This document shows, one piece after another, positions 1-9,909 of a stretch of DNA of 32,000 nt. The DNA is taken from assembly GCF_000012905.2 (NCBI RefSeq), contig NC_007493.2:1380001-1412000 (forward strand). Direction: 5' to 3'. Both the position numbers and the translations under genes were made by a program. The number at the start of each line of letters is the position of its first letter. Position 1 is the stretch's first letter. A model generated the notes under the pieces. It had not been told where the DNA came from and ran no database searches. It was given only the letters and a program-made list of their open reading frames with translations. Origin of the DNA: Cereibacter sphaeroides 2.4.1 (lineage in GTDB: Bacteria; Pseudomonadota; Alphaproteobacteria; Rhodobacterales; Rhodobacteraceae).

Positions 1-155
1 CGAAGACCCTGAAGCAGGCGGGGATGCGCCTTGCCCGCATCCCGCGCGAGCCCACGCCGGCCGAGATGCAGCGCCACGGCCAGCGCTTCCCGCCGAACCA
101 TCTGCACGACAGCTGGCTCGACTATCTCTACTGGGACGCAGAGCTCGAAGCCTGA
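1..155 (+). CDS. 3' end of an unidentified CDS entering from the left edge
   Basis: The frame starting at nt 3 is open from the window edge to TGA 153-155 (...EMQRHGQRFPPNHLHDSWLDYLYWDAELEA*). Third positions are G/C rich. No family recognised. Confidence 0.35.
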   Translation, partial: KTLKQAGMRLARIPREPTPAEMQRHGQRFPPNHLHDSWLDYLYWDAELEA

Positions 156-393
156 GCGCGCGGGGCGGTTGACCCTGCCAAGGTCAGTCGGTTTCCACGG
201 AAGCGGCTGTTCTGCTTGCGCGGTGGAGGGCGCGACGAGCGGTCCGATGGAAGTGCACTTTCGTCCTGCACGCCGTGCGCTCCCCCTCACAGTCCGCCCA
301 CCCTCGAAAGCGCCGTGCCGACGGGGCGGCGCGAGCCCTGGCGGAGGAACGGGCCGGGCGCGGGGATCCGGGTCGGGGTGTGTGTCCCGGCGC

Positions 394-437
394 TTGACGG
401 TGCGCGGTTCCCGGATCTAACAAGACAACCAGTCTTG
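394..437 (+). promoter_or_regulatory. candidate arsR promoter with overlapping inverted-repeat operator
   Basis: TTGACG (394-399), 17-nt spacer, CTAACA (417-422). The inverted repeat CAAGAC-N5-GTCTTG (421-437) lies just upstream of the arsR ATG at 450. An operator overlapping the promoter is the usual ArsR/SmtB autoregulation layout. Confidence 0.35.
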
Positions 438-449
438 AGATGTTGAGAT

Positions 450-776
450 ATGGACGACCGCACCGCCCTCACCGCCTTTGCCGGCCTCGCGCAGGAGACG
501 CGTCTGCAGATCCTGCGGCTTCTGGTCCGTGCGGGCCCCGAGGGCCTGCCTGCCGGCGAGATCGGCGCGGCGATCGGCGCGAGCTCCTCCCGCCTCTCGT
601 TCCATCTGACCCAGCTCGAACAGGCGCGCCTCGTCACCTCCCGCCGCGAGGGACGCTTCGTGATCTATGCGGCGGCCTATCCGGTGCTGTCGGATCTCGT
701 GACCTTCCTGATGCGCGACTGCTGCGCCGACCGGCCCGAGATCTGCGCACCGCTGTCCGAGGCGCGCCATGACTGA
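450..776 (+). CDS. arsR: ArsR/SmtB-family metalloregulatory transcriptional repressor
   Basis: 108 aa. The wHTH signature (LAQETRLQILRLL...GEIGAAIGASSSRLSFHLTQLEQARLV...REGRFVIY) and a C-terminal Cys pair (DCCADRPEIC) are typical of ArsR. It lies upstream of arsH. Confidence 0.85.
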   Translation: MDDRTALTAFAGLAQETRLQILRLLVRAGPEGLPAGEIGAAIGASSSRLSFHLTQLEQARLVTSRREGRFVIYAAAYPVLSDLVTFLMRDCCADRPEICAPLSEARHD

Positions 777-1062
777 AAGCCGAGACGTCCGCCGCACCCC
801 CGGATGGAGCGCGGCCGTGACCGAGGCCGGGCTTCCCGTCGATGACCCCACCGGGCCGGGCCGACGCTTCTTCTCCTGTCGCATCGCGGAGGAAGCGGCG
901 GGCTTCGGCGGGATCGAGCGGCACGGCGCCCACGGGCTGCTGCGCTCGCCCCCCGTGCCCGAGACGCGGCGGGGGGCCGCGGTCACAGTCCCTCCTCCGG
1001 TCGAGGTGCCGGTTCTCGTCCTGCAGGCGGCGCTCCGGCGCTGGTTCGAGGCGCGGGCATGA
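769..1062 (+). CDS. hypothetical protein, translationally coupled between arsR and arsH
   Basis: 97 aa. Its ATG at 769 overlaps the arsR stop (774-776). Its stop overlaps the arsH ATG (ATGA at 1059-1062). Third positions are strongly G/C. No motif recognised. Confidence 0.4.
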   Translation: MTESRDVRRTPGWSAAVTEAGLPVDDPTGPGRRFFSCRIAEEAAGFGGIERHGAHGLLRSPPVPETRRGAAVTVPPPVEVPVLVLQAALRRWFEARA

Positions 1063-1772
1063 GCGACCTGCCGAACCTCGATCCTCGCGCGCTGCAGCTT
1101 CCCGATCCGGCGGCGCTGGCCGGGCCGCGCTCCGCCCATCCGCCGCGCATCCTGCTTCTTTACGGATCGCTGCGCGAGCGGAGCTACAGCCGCTTCCTCA
1201 CGCTCGAGGCCGAGCGTCTCCTGCGCCTCTTCGGCTGCGAGACGCGGATCTTTCACGCCCACGGCCTGCCTCTGCCCGACGATGCCGAGGCGAGCCATCC
1301 CAAGGTCGCCGAGCTGCGCCAGGCCTGCCTCTGGTCCGAGGGACAGGTCTGGTGCTCGCCCGAGCGGCACGGCGCGATGACCGCGGTGATGAAGGCGCAG
1401 ATCGACTGGATCCCCCTGAGCCTCGGCGCGATCCGGCCCACGCAGGGGCGGACGCTGGCGCTGATGCAGGTCTCGGGCGGCTCGCAGAGTTTCAACGCGC
1501 TGAACCAGATGCGGGTGCTCGGGCGCTGGATGCGGATGGTGACGATCCCGAACCAGTCCTCGGTGCCGAAGGCCTATGCCGAGTTCGACGAGGCGGGCCG
1601 GATGCGGGCCTCGCCGCTCTATGACCGCGTGGTGGATGTGATGGAGGAGCTGGTGAAGTTCACGCACCTCACCCGCGACGTCTCGGCCCATCTGACCGAC
1701 CGCTACTCCGAGCGGAAGGAGGCGGCCGCGGCCGCCGAGGCGCGCCTGAACCTTCCCTCGGCCGTCCGGTGA
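1059..1772 (+). CDS. arsH: ArsH, NADPH-dependent FMN reductase / organoarsenical oxidase
   Basis: 237 aa. The ArsH-type flavodoxin fold motif ([25 protein letters not shown]...[23 protein letters not shown]) and ars context support the call. Confidence 0.85.
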   Translation: MSDLPNLDPRALQLPDPAALAGPRSAHPPRILLLYGSLRERSYSRFLTLEAERLLRLFGCETRIFHAHGLPLPDDAEASHPKVAELRQACLWSEGQVWCSPERHGAMTAVMKAQIDWIPLSLGAIRPTQGRTLALMQVSGGSQSFNALNQMRVLGRWMRMVTIPNQSSVPKAYAEFDEAGRMRASPLYDRVVDVMEELVKFTHLTRDVSAHLTDRYSERKEAAAAAEARLNLPSAVR

Positions 1773-2932
1773 GCCCGCAGGCAAGACTCGCTGCGGCGCT
1801 GGGGGTGGTGCAGATCCTCACCTGGGGCAGCAGCTATTACCTGATGGCGGTGCTGGCGCCGGCCATCGCGGCCGACACCGGCTGGCCGCTGCCCTGGGTG
1901 GTGGGCTCGCTCTCGGCGGGGCTCCTCGTGGCCGGGTTCGCCTCGCCGCTGGTCGGCCGCACCATCGCGCGCCACGGCGGGCGGCCGGTGCTGGTGGCGG
2001 GCTGCCTGCTGATCTCGTCCGGCCTGATGATGCTCGCGCTGGCACAGAACCTTGCCGTCTTCGTGGCCGGCTGGGCGCTGATGGGGGCGGGCATGGCCGC
2101 GGGCCTCTACGATCCCGCCTTCGCCACGCTGGGCCGGATCTACGGACGCGAGGCGCGGCGGGCGATCACGCTGCTCACGCTCTGGGGCGGGTTCGCCAGC
2201 ACCGTCTGCTGGCCGCTCTCGGCGCTGATGCTCGACCAGTTCGGCTGGCGCGGCACGGCCGCCGCCTATGCGGGCCTGCATCTGGCGATCTCGGTGCCGC
2301 TGCTGCTGCGCGCCCTGCCGAAGACACCGCCGGGCGCCGCGCCTCATGCCGCGCCGCCGGCCGAGCTTGCGGGCTGCGAGCGCGCGGCCTTCCGCATCAT
2401 GGCGACGATCCAGACGCTCGCGGGCCTCGCGGTCACCATCGTCGCGGTGCATCTGATCGCGCTCCTCGGCGCACGGGGGTTGCCCCTGGCGGCAGCGGTG
2501 GCCCTCGGCACGCTGATCGGCCCGTCGCAGGTCGGCGGGCGGCTGATCGAGATGGCGGGAGGCACCCGCCATCACCCGGTCTGGACGCTCATCGCGGCCA
2601 CGACTGCCACGGCGGCGGGGCTTGTGCTGCTGGCGGGCTCGGGCTGGCCGGCCCTGGCCCTGATCCTCTATGGCGCGGGCAACGGCGTCTTTTCCATCGC
2701 GCGCGGCGCGCTGCCGATGGCGCTGTTCGGCCCCGATCGCTATCCGCGCATCATGGGGCGTCTGGCCCGGCCGTCGCTCGTGGCGCAGGCCGCGGCGCCG
2801 CTGGTGGGGGCAGGGCTGATCGCCCTCGCGGGCGCCGAGGGCACGCTCGCCGTGCTGGCAGGGATTGCCGCCACCAACCTTGCGCTGGCGGCCCTCCTGC
2901 TGCACCGGACGGCGCCTCTGCGGGCCGCGTAA
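1769..2932 (+). CDS. MFS transporter (arsenical efflux suggested by context only)
   Basis: 387 aa. GTG start overlaps the arsH stop (GTGA). About 12 hydrophobic segments. MFS-like loop motif ([13 protein letters not shown]) between TM2 and TM3. Confidence 0.8.
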   Translation: MSPQARLAAALGVVQILTWGSSYYLMAVLAPAIAADTGWPLPWVVGSLSAGLLVAGFASPLVGRTIARHGGRPVLVAGCLLISSGLMMLALAQNLAVFVAGWALMGAGMAAGLYDPAFATLGRIYGREARRAITLLTLWGGFASTVCWPLSALMLDQFGWRGTAAAYAGLHLAISVPLLLRALPKTPPGAAPHAAPPAELAGCERAAFRIMATIQTLAGLAVTIVAVHLIALLGARGLPLAAAVALGTLIGPSQVGGRLIEMAGGTRHHPVWTLIAATTATAAGLVLLAGSGWPALALILYGAGNGVFSIARGALPMALFGPDRYPRIMGRLARPSLVAQAAAPLVGAGLIALAGAEGTLAVLAGIAATNLALAALLLHRTAPLRAA

Positions 2933-3114
2933 CGGCATGCGGGCGGCCGGATCGGCCCAAATCGATCTGCTGCGCGCAAGAACGCACGCCCGCGGGTTCG
3001 AGACGGGAGAAGCGGCCGGGGCAGCCGGCGAAAATCTGAAATCCGGGCGTCTTTCCACATTTACCCCGGCGGGGGGCGCGCTAGACTCGGGCCACGGCAG
3101 CCGCTAGAACGGCC

Positions 3115-3126
3115 GTTAGCGCTAAC
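3115..3126. promoter_or_regulatory. perfect 12-bp palindrome GTTAGCGCTAAC upstream of zwf (candidate LacI-type operator)
   Basis: Exact palindrome with a central CG, 23 nt upstream of the zwf ATG at 3149. It resembles the LacI-family half-site pattern. Confidence 0.35.
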
Positions 3127-3148
3127 AGGCGAGGCAGCGGGAGAGCCC

Positions 3149-4600
3149 ATGGTTTCGAGAGTCATTCCGGTGGACACGTTCGATCTGGTCATCTTCGGCG
3201 GCACGGGCGATCTGGCACGCCGGAAGATCCTGCCCGGCCTCTATCGGCGCTTCACCGGCGGGCAGATGCCGCCCGACAGCCGCATCATCGCTGCCGCCCG
3301 CTCGGAGATGGACGACGCGGCCTATCGCGCCCAAGTGCGGGCCGCGCTCGAGGAATTCGTGCCCGCGGGCAAGCGCGACGAGGGCGGGATCTCGGCGTTC
3401 CTCGAGCGGATCCACTATGTCGCCATCGACGCGACCGGAACCTCGGGATGGGCGGACCTCAAGAAGATGATGCGCCCCGACGTGGTCCGGGCCTTCTATT
3501 TCTCCGTGGCCCCCTCGCTCTTCGGGGCGCTGGCCGAGCGGCTGCACGAGAACGGCATCGCCGGGCCGCAGAGCCGCATCGTGGTCGAGAAGCCCTTCGG
3601 GCGCGATCTGGAATCCGCGCGGGCCTTGAACCGCGTGCTGGCGCTCCATTTCGCCGAGGAGCAGATCTACCGGATCGATCACTATCTCGGCAAGGAGACG
3701 GTCCAGAACCTGATGGCGGTGCGCTTCGCCAACATCCTCTTCGAGCCGCTCTGGAAGGCTCAGTATATCGACCATGTGCAGATCACCGTAGCCGAGACCG
3801 TGGGCGTAGGCGGGCGCGGCGCCTATTACGACACGTCGGGCGCGATGCGGGACATGGTGCAGAACCACCTGATGCAGCTTCTCTGCCTGATCGCGATGGA
3901 GCCGCCCTATCACTTCGATCCGAACGCGGTGCGCGACGAGAAGCTGAAGGTGATCCGTGCGCTCGATCCGGTCCCGCCCGAGGATATCGTGCGCGGCCAG
4001 TATCTCGCGGGCGGCGGGCAGGAGAGCTATGTCGATCACGCCGGCAACCCCCGCAGCCGCACCGAGAGCTACATCGCGCTGAAGGTCCATATCGCCAACT
4101 GGCGCTGGAAGGGCACGCCCTTCTATCTGCGCACCGGCAAGCGGCTGCGCGCCCGCGCCTCCGAGATCGCCATCACCTTCCGCGAGCCGCCGCATTCGAT
4201 CTTCGACGATGCCGAGGACTGGCGCGAGAACGTGCTCGTGATCCGGCTGCAGCCCGACGAGGGGATCAATCTCAAGGTGATGATCAAGGAGCCGGGCCCG
4301 GGCGGCATGCGCCTCACGCAGGTGCCGCTCGACATGTCCTTCGCCGAGGCGCTGGGGCCGGACGGCGAGGACATTCCCGACGCGTATGAGCGGCTCATCA
4401 TGGATGTGATCCGCGGCAACCAGACGCTCTTCATGCGCGGCGACGAGGTCGAGGCCGCCTGGGCCTGGGCCGATCCGATCATCGCCGCCTGGGAGCGGCG
4501 CGGCGACAGGCCCAAGACCTACGAGCCGGGAACTTCCGGCCCCGAGGATGCGCTGATGCTCATGCACCGTGACGGCCGCCGCTGGCGCGAGATCCGCTGA
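3149..4600 (+). CDS. zwf: glucose-6-phosphate 1-dehydrogenase
   Basis: 483 aa. Contains the NADP-binding motif GGTGDLARRK and the active-site motif RIDHYLGKE. Full-length G6PD architecture. Confidence 0.95.
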   Translation: MVSRVIPVDTFDLVIFGGTGDLARRKILPGLYRRFTGGQMPPDSRIIAAARSEMDDAAYRAQVRAALEEFVPAGKRDEGGISAFLERIHYVAIDATGTSGWADLKKMMRPDVVRAFYFSVAPSLFGALAERLHENGIAGPQSRIVVEKPFGRDLESARALNRVLALHFAEEQIYRIDHYLGKETVQNLMAVRFANILFEPLWKAQYIDHVQITVAETVGVGGRGAYYDTSGAMRDMVQNHLMQLLCLIAMEPPYHFDPNAVRDEKLKVIRALDPVPPEDIVRGQYLAGGGQESYVDHAGNPRSRTESYIALKVHIANWRWKGTPFYLRTGKRLRARASEIAITFREPPHSIFDDAEDWRENVLVIRLQPDEGINLKVMIKEPGPGGMRLTQVPLDMSFAEALGPDGEDIPDAYERLIMDVIRGNQTLFMRGDEVEAAWAWADPIIAAWERRGDRPKTYEPGTSGPEDALMLMHRDGRRWREIR

Positions 4601-4638
4601 GAGGCCGCCGGGCGGTCGCGACCGAGGAGAACCTTCCC

Positions 4639-5310
4639 ATGAAATTCGTCGAATATCCGGATCGCGAGTTCCTGATGCTGTCGCTCGCGAACAAGATCGC
4701 GGGCGAGCTGGCCGACTTCCTGCGCCGCGAGGACCGGGCCAGCCTCTGCGTGCCGGGCGGCACCACGCCCGGCCCCATGTTCGACACGCTCTCGGGCGTG
4801 GACATCGACTGGTCGAAGATCGCGGTCTTTCTCAACGACGAGCGCTGGGTGCCCGAGACGAGCCCGCGCTCGAACACGCGGCTCCTGCGCGAGCGGCTGC
4901 TGACGGGCCGGGCAGCGGCGGCTCAGTTCCTGCCGCTGCGCGCCGATACCGACACCCCCGAGGAGGCGCTGGAGGGGCTCGCCGCCGCCATCGAGCCGCA
5001 TCTGCCGATTTCGGTGCTGCTCCTCGGCATGGGCGACGACATGCATACGGCCTCGCTCTTCCCCGGCGCCGACCGGCTCGAGGAGGCGCTGGCCGACACG
5101 GCGCCGCTCCTGATGGCGCTGCGGGCCGAGGCCGCGGGCGAGCCGCGGATCACGCTGACCGCGCCCGCGCTCAAGGGCGCGCTCGCCATCCATGTCCTCA
5201 TCACCGGCGCGGCCAAGCGCGAGGCGCTCGAGCGGGCCCAGGGCTTGACGCCCCTCGAGGCGCCGATCAAGGCTCTGCTCGCCAACGCAACCGTGCATTG
5301 GGCGGAATAG
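4639..5310 (+). CDS. pgl: 6-phosphogluconolactonase
   Basis: 223 aa. Pgl/NagB-fold motifs ([39 protein letters not shown]) are present. It sits between zwf and pgi. Confidence 0.9.
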   Translation: MKFVEYPDREFLMLSLANKIAGELADFLRREDRASLCVPGGTTPGPMFDTLSGVDIDWSKIAVFLNDERWVPETSPRSNTRLLRERLLTGRAAAAQFLPLRADTDTPEEALEGLAAAIEPHLPISVLLLGMGDDMHTASLFPGADRLEEALADTAPLLMALRAEAAGEPRITLTAPALKGALAIHVLITGAAKREALERAQGLTPLEAPIKALLANATVHWAE

Positions 5311-5329
5311 GATTACAGGCATTCTTGCA

Positions 5330-6931
5330 ATGAAACAGATCTGGCAGGCGCTGAAAGCGCATCAGCAGGCGGTGGAGCACCGCGCAATTCTCGATCTCTT
5401 TACCGACCCCCGCCGAGCCGAGACCTTCTCGACCCGGCTGGGCGACATGCTCTTCGACTGGTCCAAGACCAACATCGACCATACGGCACGCGATCTGCTC
5501 ATCGATCTGGCGGGCGCGGCCGGCGTCGCCGAGAAGCGCGAGGCCATGTTCTCGGGCGCGAAGATCAACGAGACCGAGGGCCGGGCGGTGCTGCATACGG
5601 CGCTCCGCAACATGGACCGGCCGGTGCGGGTGGACGGTGTCGACGTGACGCCCGCGCTGCGCGAGACGCACGCCCGGATGCAGGCCTTCGTCCGCGATCT
5701 GCGCTCGGGGCGCTTCACGGGGCAGGGCGGCCCGATCACCGATGTGGTGAACATCGGCATCGGCGGCTCCGACCTCGGCCCCGCGATGGCCTGCCTCGCG
5801 CTCGCCCCCTATGCCGACGGGCCGCGCTGCCATTTCGTCTCCAACGTCGATGGCGCGCATATCCACGACACGCTGCAGGATCTCGATCCCGCCACCACGC
5901 TCGTGATCGTGGCCTCGAAGACCTTCACCACCATCGAGACGATGACCAATGCCGAGACGGCGAAGCGCTGGATGGCCAAGCGCGTCTCCGATCCCGCCGC
6001 GCAGTTCGCCGCCGTCTCGACCGCGGCGGACAAGACGGCAGCCTTCGGCATCGACGCTTCGCGCGTCTTCGGCTTCGAGGACTGGGTCGGCGGGCGCTAT
6101 TCCATGTGGGGGCCGATCGGCCTCGCCCTGATGATCGCCATCGGCCCCGAAGCATTCGACGCCTTCCTGGCCGGCGGCGCCGAGATGGACCGCCACTTCC
6201 GCGAGGCCCCCTTCGCCGAGAACCTGCCCGTGCTGCTGGCGCTCGTCGGCCTCTGGCACAACCAGATCTGCGGCCATGCCACCCGGGCCGTGCTGCCCTA
6301 CGACCAGCGGCTCGCGCGGCTTCCGGCCTATCTCCAGCAGCTCGAGATGGAATCGAACGGCAAGCGCGTGGCGATGGACGGGCACGAGCTCACCCATCAC
6401 TCCGGTCCCATCGTCTGGGGCGAGCCCGGCACCAACGGCCAGCACGCCTTCTACCAGCTCATCCATCAGGGCAGCCGCATCGTGCCCTGCGAATTCCTCG
6501 TCGCGCGTGAGGGCCACGAGCCCGATCTCGCGCACCAGCATCTCCTGCTGGTCTCGAACTGCCTCGCCCAGTCCGAGGCGCTGCTGCGCGGGCGCTCGGT
6601 CGAGGAGGCGCGGGCGATCCTCGGCAAGAAGGGCCTGACCGGCTCCGAGCTCGAGCGGCAGGCCCGCCACCGCGTCTTCCCGGGCAACCGCCCCTCGACG
6701 GTGCTGGCCTATGAAAAGCTCACCCCCGCCACGCTCGGCCGGATCGTCGCCCTCTACGAGCACCGGGTCTTCGTCGAGGGCGTGATCCTCGGCATCAATT
6801 CCTACGACCAGTGGGGCGTCGAGCTCGGCAAGGAACTGGCGCTGGCGCTGCAGCCCATGCTCGAGGGCCGCGCGGGCACCGAGGGCAAGGACGGCTCGAC
6901 GGCACAGCTCGTGGCCTACCTGCGCCGCTGA
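5330..6931 (+). CDS. pgi: glucose-6-phosphate isomerase
   Basis: 533 aa. PGI signatures are present ([47 protein letters not shown]). Confidence 0.95.
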   Translation: MKQIWQALKAHQQAVEHRAILDLFTDPRRAETFSTRLGDMLFDWSKTNIDHTARDLLIDLAGAAGVAEKREAMFSGAKINETEGRAVLHTALRNMDRPVRVDGVDVTPALRETHARMQAFVRDLRSGRFTGQGGPITDVVNIGIGGSDLGPAMACLALAPYADGPRCHFVSNVDGAHIHDTLQDLDPATTLVIVASKTFTTIETMTNAETAKRWMAKRVSDPAAQFAAVSTAADKTAAFGIDASRVFGFEDWVGGRYSMWGPIGLALMIAIGPEAFDAFLAGGAEMDRHFREAPFAENLPVLLALVGLWHNQICGHATRAVLPYDQRLARLPAYLQQLEMESNGKRVAMDGHELTHHSGPIVWGEPGTNGQHAFYQLIHQGSRIVPCEFLVAREGHEPDLAHQHLLLVSNCLAQSEALLRGRSVEEARAILGKKGLTGSELERQARHRVFPGNRPSTVLAYEKLTPATLGRIVALYEHRVFVEGVILGINSYDQWGVELGKELALALQPMLEGRAGTEGKDGSTAQLVAYLRR

Positions 6932-6936
6932 GGGAT

Positions 6937-6991
6937 CCTTCCGCTTTCACTCTGCCCGGATATCCCGGGGTCCCGAGGGCCGCGCCCTCGG
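6937..6991. repeat. REP-like intergenic repeat, copy A, ending in a GC hairpin
   Basis: CCTTCCGCTTTCACTCTGCCCGGATATCCCGGGGTCC followed by hairpin CCGAGGGC-cgc-GCCCTCGG (6973-6991). It is paralogous to copy B about 130 nt downstream. Confidence 0.55.
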
Positions 6992-7068
6992 ACCTTCGGG
7001 CCCGGGCCCCCTGCCGCCGGGCGCCGCGGGCTCCGTCACGTCCCGCCCGCGAGCTGCGCTGCTGGACG

Positions 7069-7126
7069 CCCTTTCCGCTTTCATTCTGGCCCAAATATCC
7101 CGGGGGTCCGGGGGCAGCGCCCCCGG
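7069..7126. repeat. REP-like intergenic repeat, copy B, ending in a GC hairpin
   Basis: CCTTTCCGCTTTCATTCTGGCCCAAATATCCCGGGGGTCC followed by hairpin CCGGGGGC-agc-GCCCCCGG (7108-7126). It lies between the convergent pgi and ridA-like genes, so it may also act as a terminator. Confidence 0.55.
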
Positions 7127-7157
7127 CTTCTTCGCGGCCGGCCGGGAGGGTCCGGGA

Positions 7158-7505
7158 TCAGAGAACCGCAGTGACGATCACTTCCACCCGGTAGTCGGGC
7201 GCCGCCAGCTTGGCCTCGCCGGTCGCGCGGGCGGGGCAATTGCCCTGCGGCACCCACTCGTCCCAGACCGCGTTCATCTCGGCGAAATCGGCCATGTCGG
7301 CGAGCCAGATCTGGGTCGAGACGATGCGCGTCTTGTCGGTGCCGGCGAGGGCGAGCAGCCGGTCCACCTCGGCGAGGCAGGTGCGGGTCTGATCGGCCAC
7401 GGACTCGCCGGGGTTGCCGACCTGCCCTGCGAGCCAGACCATGCCGTTGGCCGTCACGGCCTGGCTCATGCGGGCGCCGGTCTCGAAGCGGGTGATTTCG
7501 GTCAT
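7158..7505 (-). CDS. RidA/YjgF/UK114-family enamine/imine deaminase-like protein
   Basis: 115 aa from the ATG at 7505, which has AGGAGG 6 nt upstream. The ORF-track start at 7508 is a TTG. Family pattern: ...NGMVWLAGQVG...QTRTCLAEVDRLL...IVSTQIWLADMADFAEMNAVW...PARATGEAKLAAPDYRVEV. Confidence 0.85.
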   Translation of the reverse strand: MTEITRFETGARMSQAVTANGMVWLAGQVGNPGESVADQTRTCLAEVDRLLALAGTDKTRIVSTQIWLADMADFAEMNAVWDEWVPQGNCPARATGEAKLAAPDYRVEVIVTAVL

Positions 7506-7823
7506 CAAAGCCTCCTGAAGTGACGCCTCCTGTTAGCCCACGGGCGTCGGGCGCGAAACCCTCTCCTGCGGCGCGCGCTTGGGATGCACCGGACGGACAC
7601 TCATCGTGAGACAAATGACATCCGTCCCGCTCCGGCGCGCGGCGCCGCGCCGATAGTCTTCGCCTGTCGCCAGTCCCGGAACGATGGTCTCTTCCCGGGC
7701 CACAGGCGGAAGAACGTTCCGGACTTACGCACCCTCCGGCGGGGATCTCCGGAACATCCTGACTTGATTTTTCCGCTCCCGCGGCCGATCTGAGGAGCGA
7801 CCCCAGATTCAGGATGTGACGCC

Positions 7824-8771
7824 ATGCGACTGATCCCGCTCGCCGCCGCGGCTCTTGTGGCCGTTTCCGCCCCCGCTCTCGCCCAGACGGGCTTCGGGCC
7901 GCTCCTCACGCCCGAGCAGGCAGCCGAGGCCCAGGCCTCGGGCGAGGCGCTGTTCCTCGACATCCGCTCGGGCGACGAGGGCGCCGCCACGCCCTACGAG
8001 ACGGGCCATATCGCCGGCGCGGTGCCTGCGCCCTACGCCCTCTTCCGCGGTCCGAAGGAGAACCCCGGTCAGGTGCCCGAGGCCGCGAAGCTGACCGAGA
8101 TCCTGAGCGGGCTCGGCGTGACCGCCGACCGGCCCACGGTCATCGTGCACGAGGGCAAGGACGCCTCCGACTTCGGCGCCGCCGCCCGTGTCTACTGGAC
8201 CCTCAAATCGAGCGGCGTGAGCCAGCTTGCCATCATCAACGGCGGCATGCGCGGCTGGCAGGAGGCGGGCCTTCCGCTCAGCACCGAGGCCGTGACGCCC
8301 GAGCCCAGCGCCTTCACCGTGACCTTCTCCGACCGCTGGCTCGCCACGCAGGACGAGGTGCAACAGGTGGTCGAGGGCAAGGAAGAGGCCAAGCTCATCG
8401 ACGCCCGCCCGCAGGAGTTCTGGGAGGGCAAGAAGGCCGCTCCCGCCGCGGCCCGTCCGGGCACGCTGCCGCAATCGGAATATTTCACCCACGACCGCTG
8501 GTTCGGCTCGAACCCGGCGCTCATCGACGCAGACCGCGCCCAGAGCCTCGCCACCGAGGCGGGCTATACGGACGGCGAAGAGCTCATCTCCTTCTGCAAC
8601 ACCGGCCACTGGGCCGCGACCAACTGGTTCGCGCTGAGCGAGCTCGCGGGCGTCGAGAATGTGAAGCTCTATCCCGAATCGATGGTGGGCTGGTCGAACG
8701 CGGGCCTGCCGATGGAGAATGTCCCGGGACCGATCCGGAACCTCTGGAACCAGATCTCCGGCGTCTTCTGA
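7824..8771 (+). CDS. periplasmic tandem-rhodanese sulfurtransferase (thiosulfate/3-mercaptopyruvate type)
   Basis: 315 aa. Sec signal peptide (MRLIPLAAAALVAVSAPALAQ). Two rhodanese domains. Active-site loop CNTGHWAA in the second domain. Confidence 0.85.
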   Translation: MRLIPLAAAALVAVSAPALAQTGFGPLLTPEQAAEAQASGEALFLDIRSGDEGAATPYETGHIAGAVPAPYALFRGPKENPGQVPEAAKLTEILSGLGVTADRPTVIVHEGKDASDFGAAARVYWTLKSSGVSQLAIINGGMRGWQEAGLPLSTEAVTPEPSAFTVTFSDRWLATQDEVQQVVEGKEEAKLIDARPQEFWEGKKAAPAAARPGTLPQSEYFTHDRWFGSNPALIDADRAQSLATEAGYTDGEELISFCNTGHWAATNWFALSELAGVENVKLYPESMVGWSNAGLPMENVPGPIRNLWNQISGVF

Positions 8772-8781
8772 GGATCGCGAC

Positions 8782-9909
8782 ATGACGGACACCATGGCGG
8801 CCGCCGGGCCGGTCCCGGCGGGCCCCGGCGGCAGGAGCCTCCTCGTGGGGGCGGCGCTCTTCGCCGTCTGCGCGGTCGCGGTGATGGCGGGGGCGCGCTA
8901 CGGGCTGCTGCTCGCCCTCGGCCTCGGCTTCGGGATCACGCTCGAGGGGCTGCGCTTCGGCTTCGCAGGCCCTTGGCGCGCGATGATCCTGCGGCGCGAA
9001 CCCGCGGGTCTTCTGGCGCAGCTTCTCGCCATCGGGCTCGTGGCGGTCGTGGCCATCCCGCTTCTGGCCGCCCATCCGGCCGAGCTCACGGGCGCCCATG
9101 CGCCGGTCGGCTGGTCGATGGTCGGCGGCGCCTTCGTCTTCGGCATCTGCATGCAGCTGGTGCTGGGCTGCGGCTCGGGGACGCTCGTCAACGCGGGCAG
9201 CGGCAATGCGGTGGCGGCGGTGGCCTTGCCCTTCTTCGCCGTGGGCAGCTTCCTCGGCGCCTACAACATCGACTGGTGGAACGGCTTCGGTCTGGCGCCC
9301 CTCGTCGTGCTGAGCGGGACGAGCGGCCTTGCGGTGACGCTGGCGGGTCTGGCCGCGGTGGCGCTTCTGGCCGTCTGGCTCGGCGTTCCGGGCGGCGCGC
9401 GGCTGCCACGGCGGCTCTGGATCGCCGCGGCCGCGCTCGCCGCGCTCGCGCTTCTGAACCTCGTGGTGGCGGGCCAGCCCTGGGGCGTGGTCTACGGCCT
9501 CGGCCTCTGGGCCGCCAAAGGCGCCGTCGCGATGGGGGCGGATCTCTCGGGCTCGGCCTTCTGGAGCGCGCCCGCCCAGGTCGAGCGTCTGCGCGAGAGC
9601 GTGCTGACCGACGTGACCTCGCTCACCAACATCGGCATGATCGCGGGCGCGGTGGGGGTGAGCCTCTGGCGCGGCGGCCTTGGCTCGGCCGTGCCCGGCC
9701 TTCCGGCCAGGGCCTGGATCGCGGCCATCGTCTCGGGTCTGCTTCTGGGCTATTCCTCGCGCCTGGCCTTCGGCTGCAACGTGGGCGCCTTCTTCAGCGG
9801 CATCTCGACCGGCAGCCTGCATGGCTGGGTCTGGTTCGTCGCCGCTTTCGCGGGCTCCTGGCTGGGCATCCGCCTGCGGCCCGGCCTCGGACTGGAGGGA
9901 CCGCGATGA
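8782..9909 (+). CDS. YeeE/YedE-family sulfur-compound (thiosulfate) transporter
   Basis: ATG at 8782 with GAGGA upstream. The ORF-track start at 8719 overlaps the rhodanese gene. Polytopic membrane protein carrying the two conserved Cys motifs LGCGSGTL and FGCNVGAFFSG. Confidence 0.85.
   Translation: MTDTMAAAGPVPAGPGGRSLLVGAALFAVCAVAVMAGARYGLLLALGLGFGITLEGLRFGFAGPWRAMILRREPAGLLAQLLAIGLVAVVAIPLLAAHPAELTGAHAPVGWSMVGGAFVFGICMQLVLGCGSGTLVNAGSGNAVAAVALPFFAVGSFLGAYNIDWWNGFGLAPLVVLSGTSGLAVTLAGLAAVALLAVWLGVPGGARLPRRLWIAAAALAALALLNLVVAGQPWGVVYGLGLWAAKGAVAMGADLSGSAFWSAPAQVERLRESVLTDVTSLTNIGMIAGAVGVSLWRGGLGSAVPGLPARAWIAAIVSGLLLGYSSRLAFGCNVGAFFSGISTGSLHGWVWFVAAFAGSWLGIRLRPGLGLEGPR

Noticed and set aside
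417-1784. 455-aa minus-strand ORF over arsR/arsH, and the analogous long antisense ORFs 1703..3058, 3122..4567, 5267..6763, 8584..9822, 10330..11382, 11592..12878, 12751..13932 and 24800..26527
   Set aside because: Each lies opposite a plus-strand ORF with recognisable family signatures or coupling signals. Each has the R/H/A/G/P-rich shadow-ORF composition expected opposite GC3-rich coding DNA.
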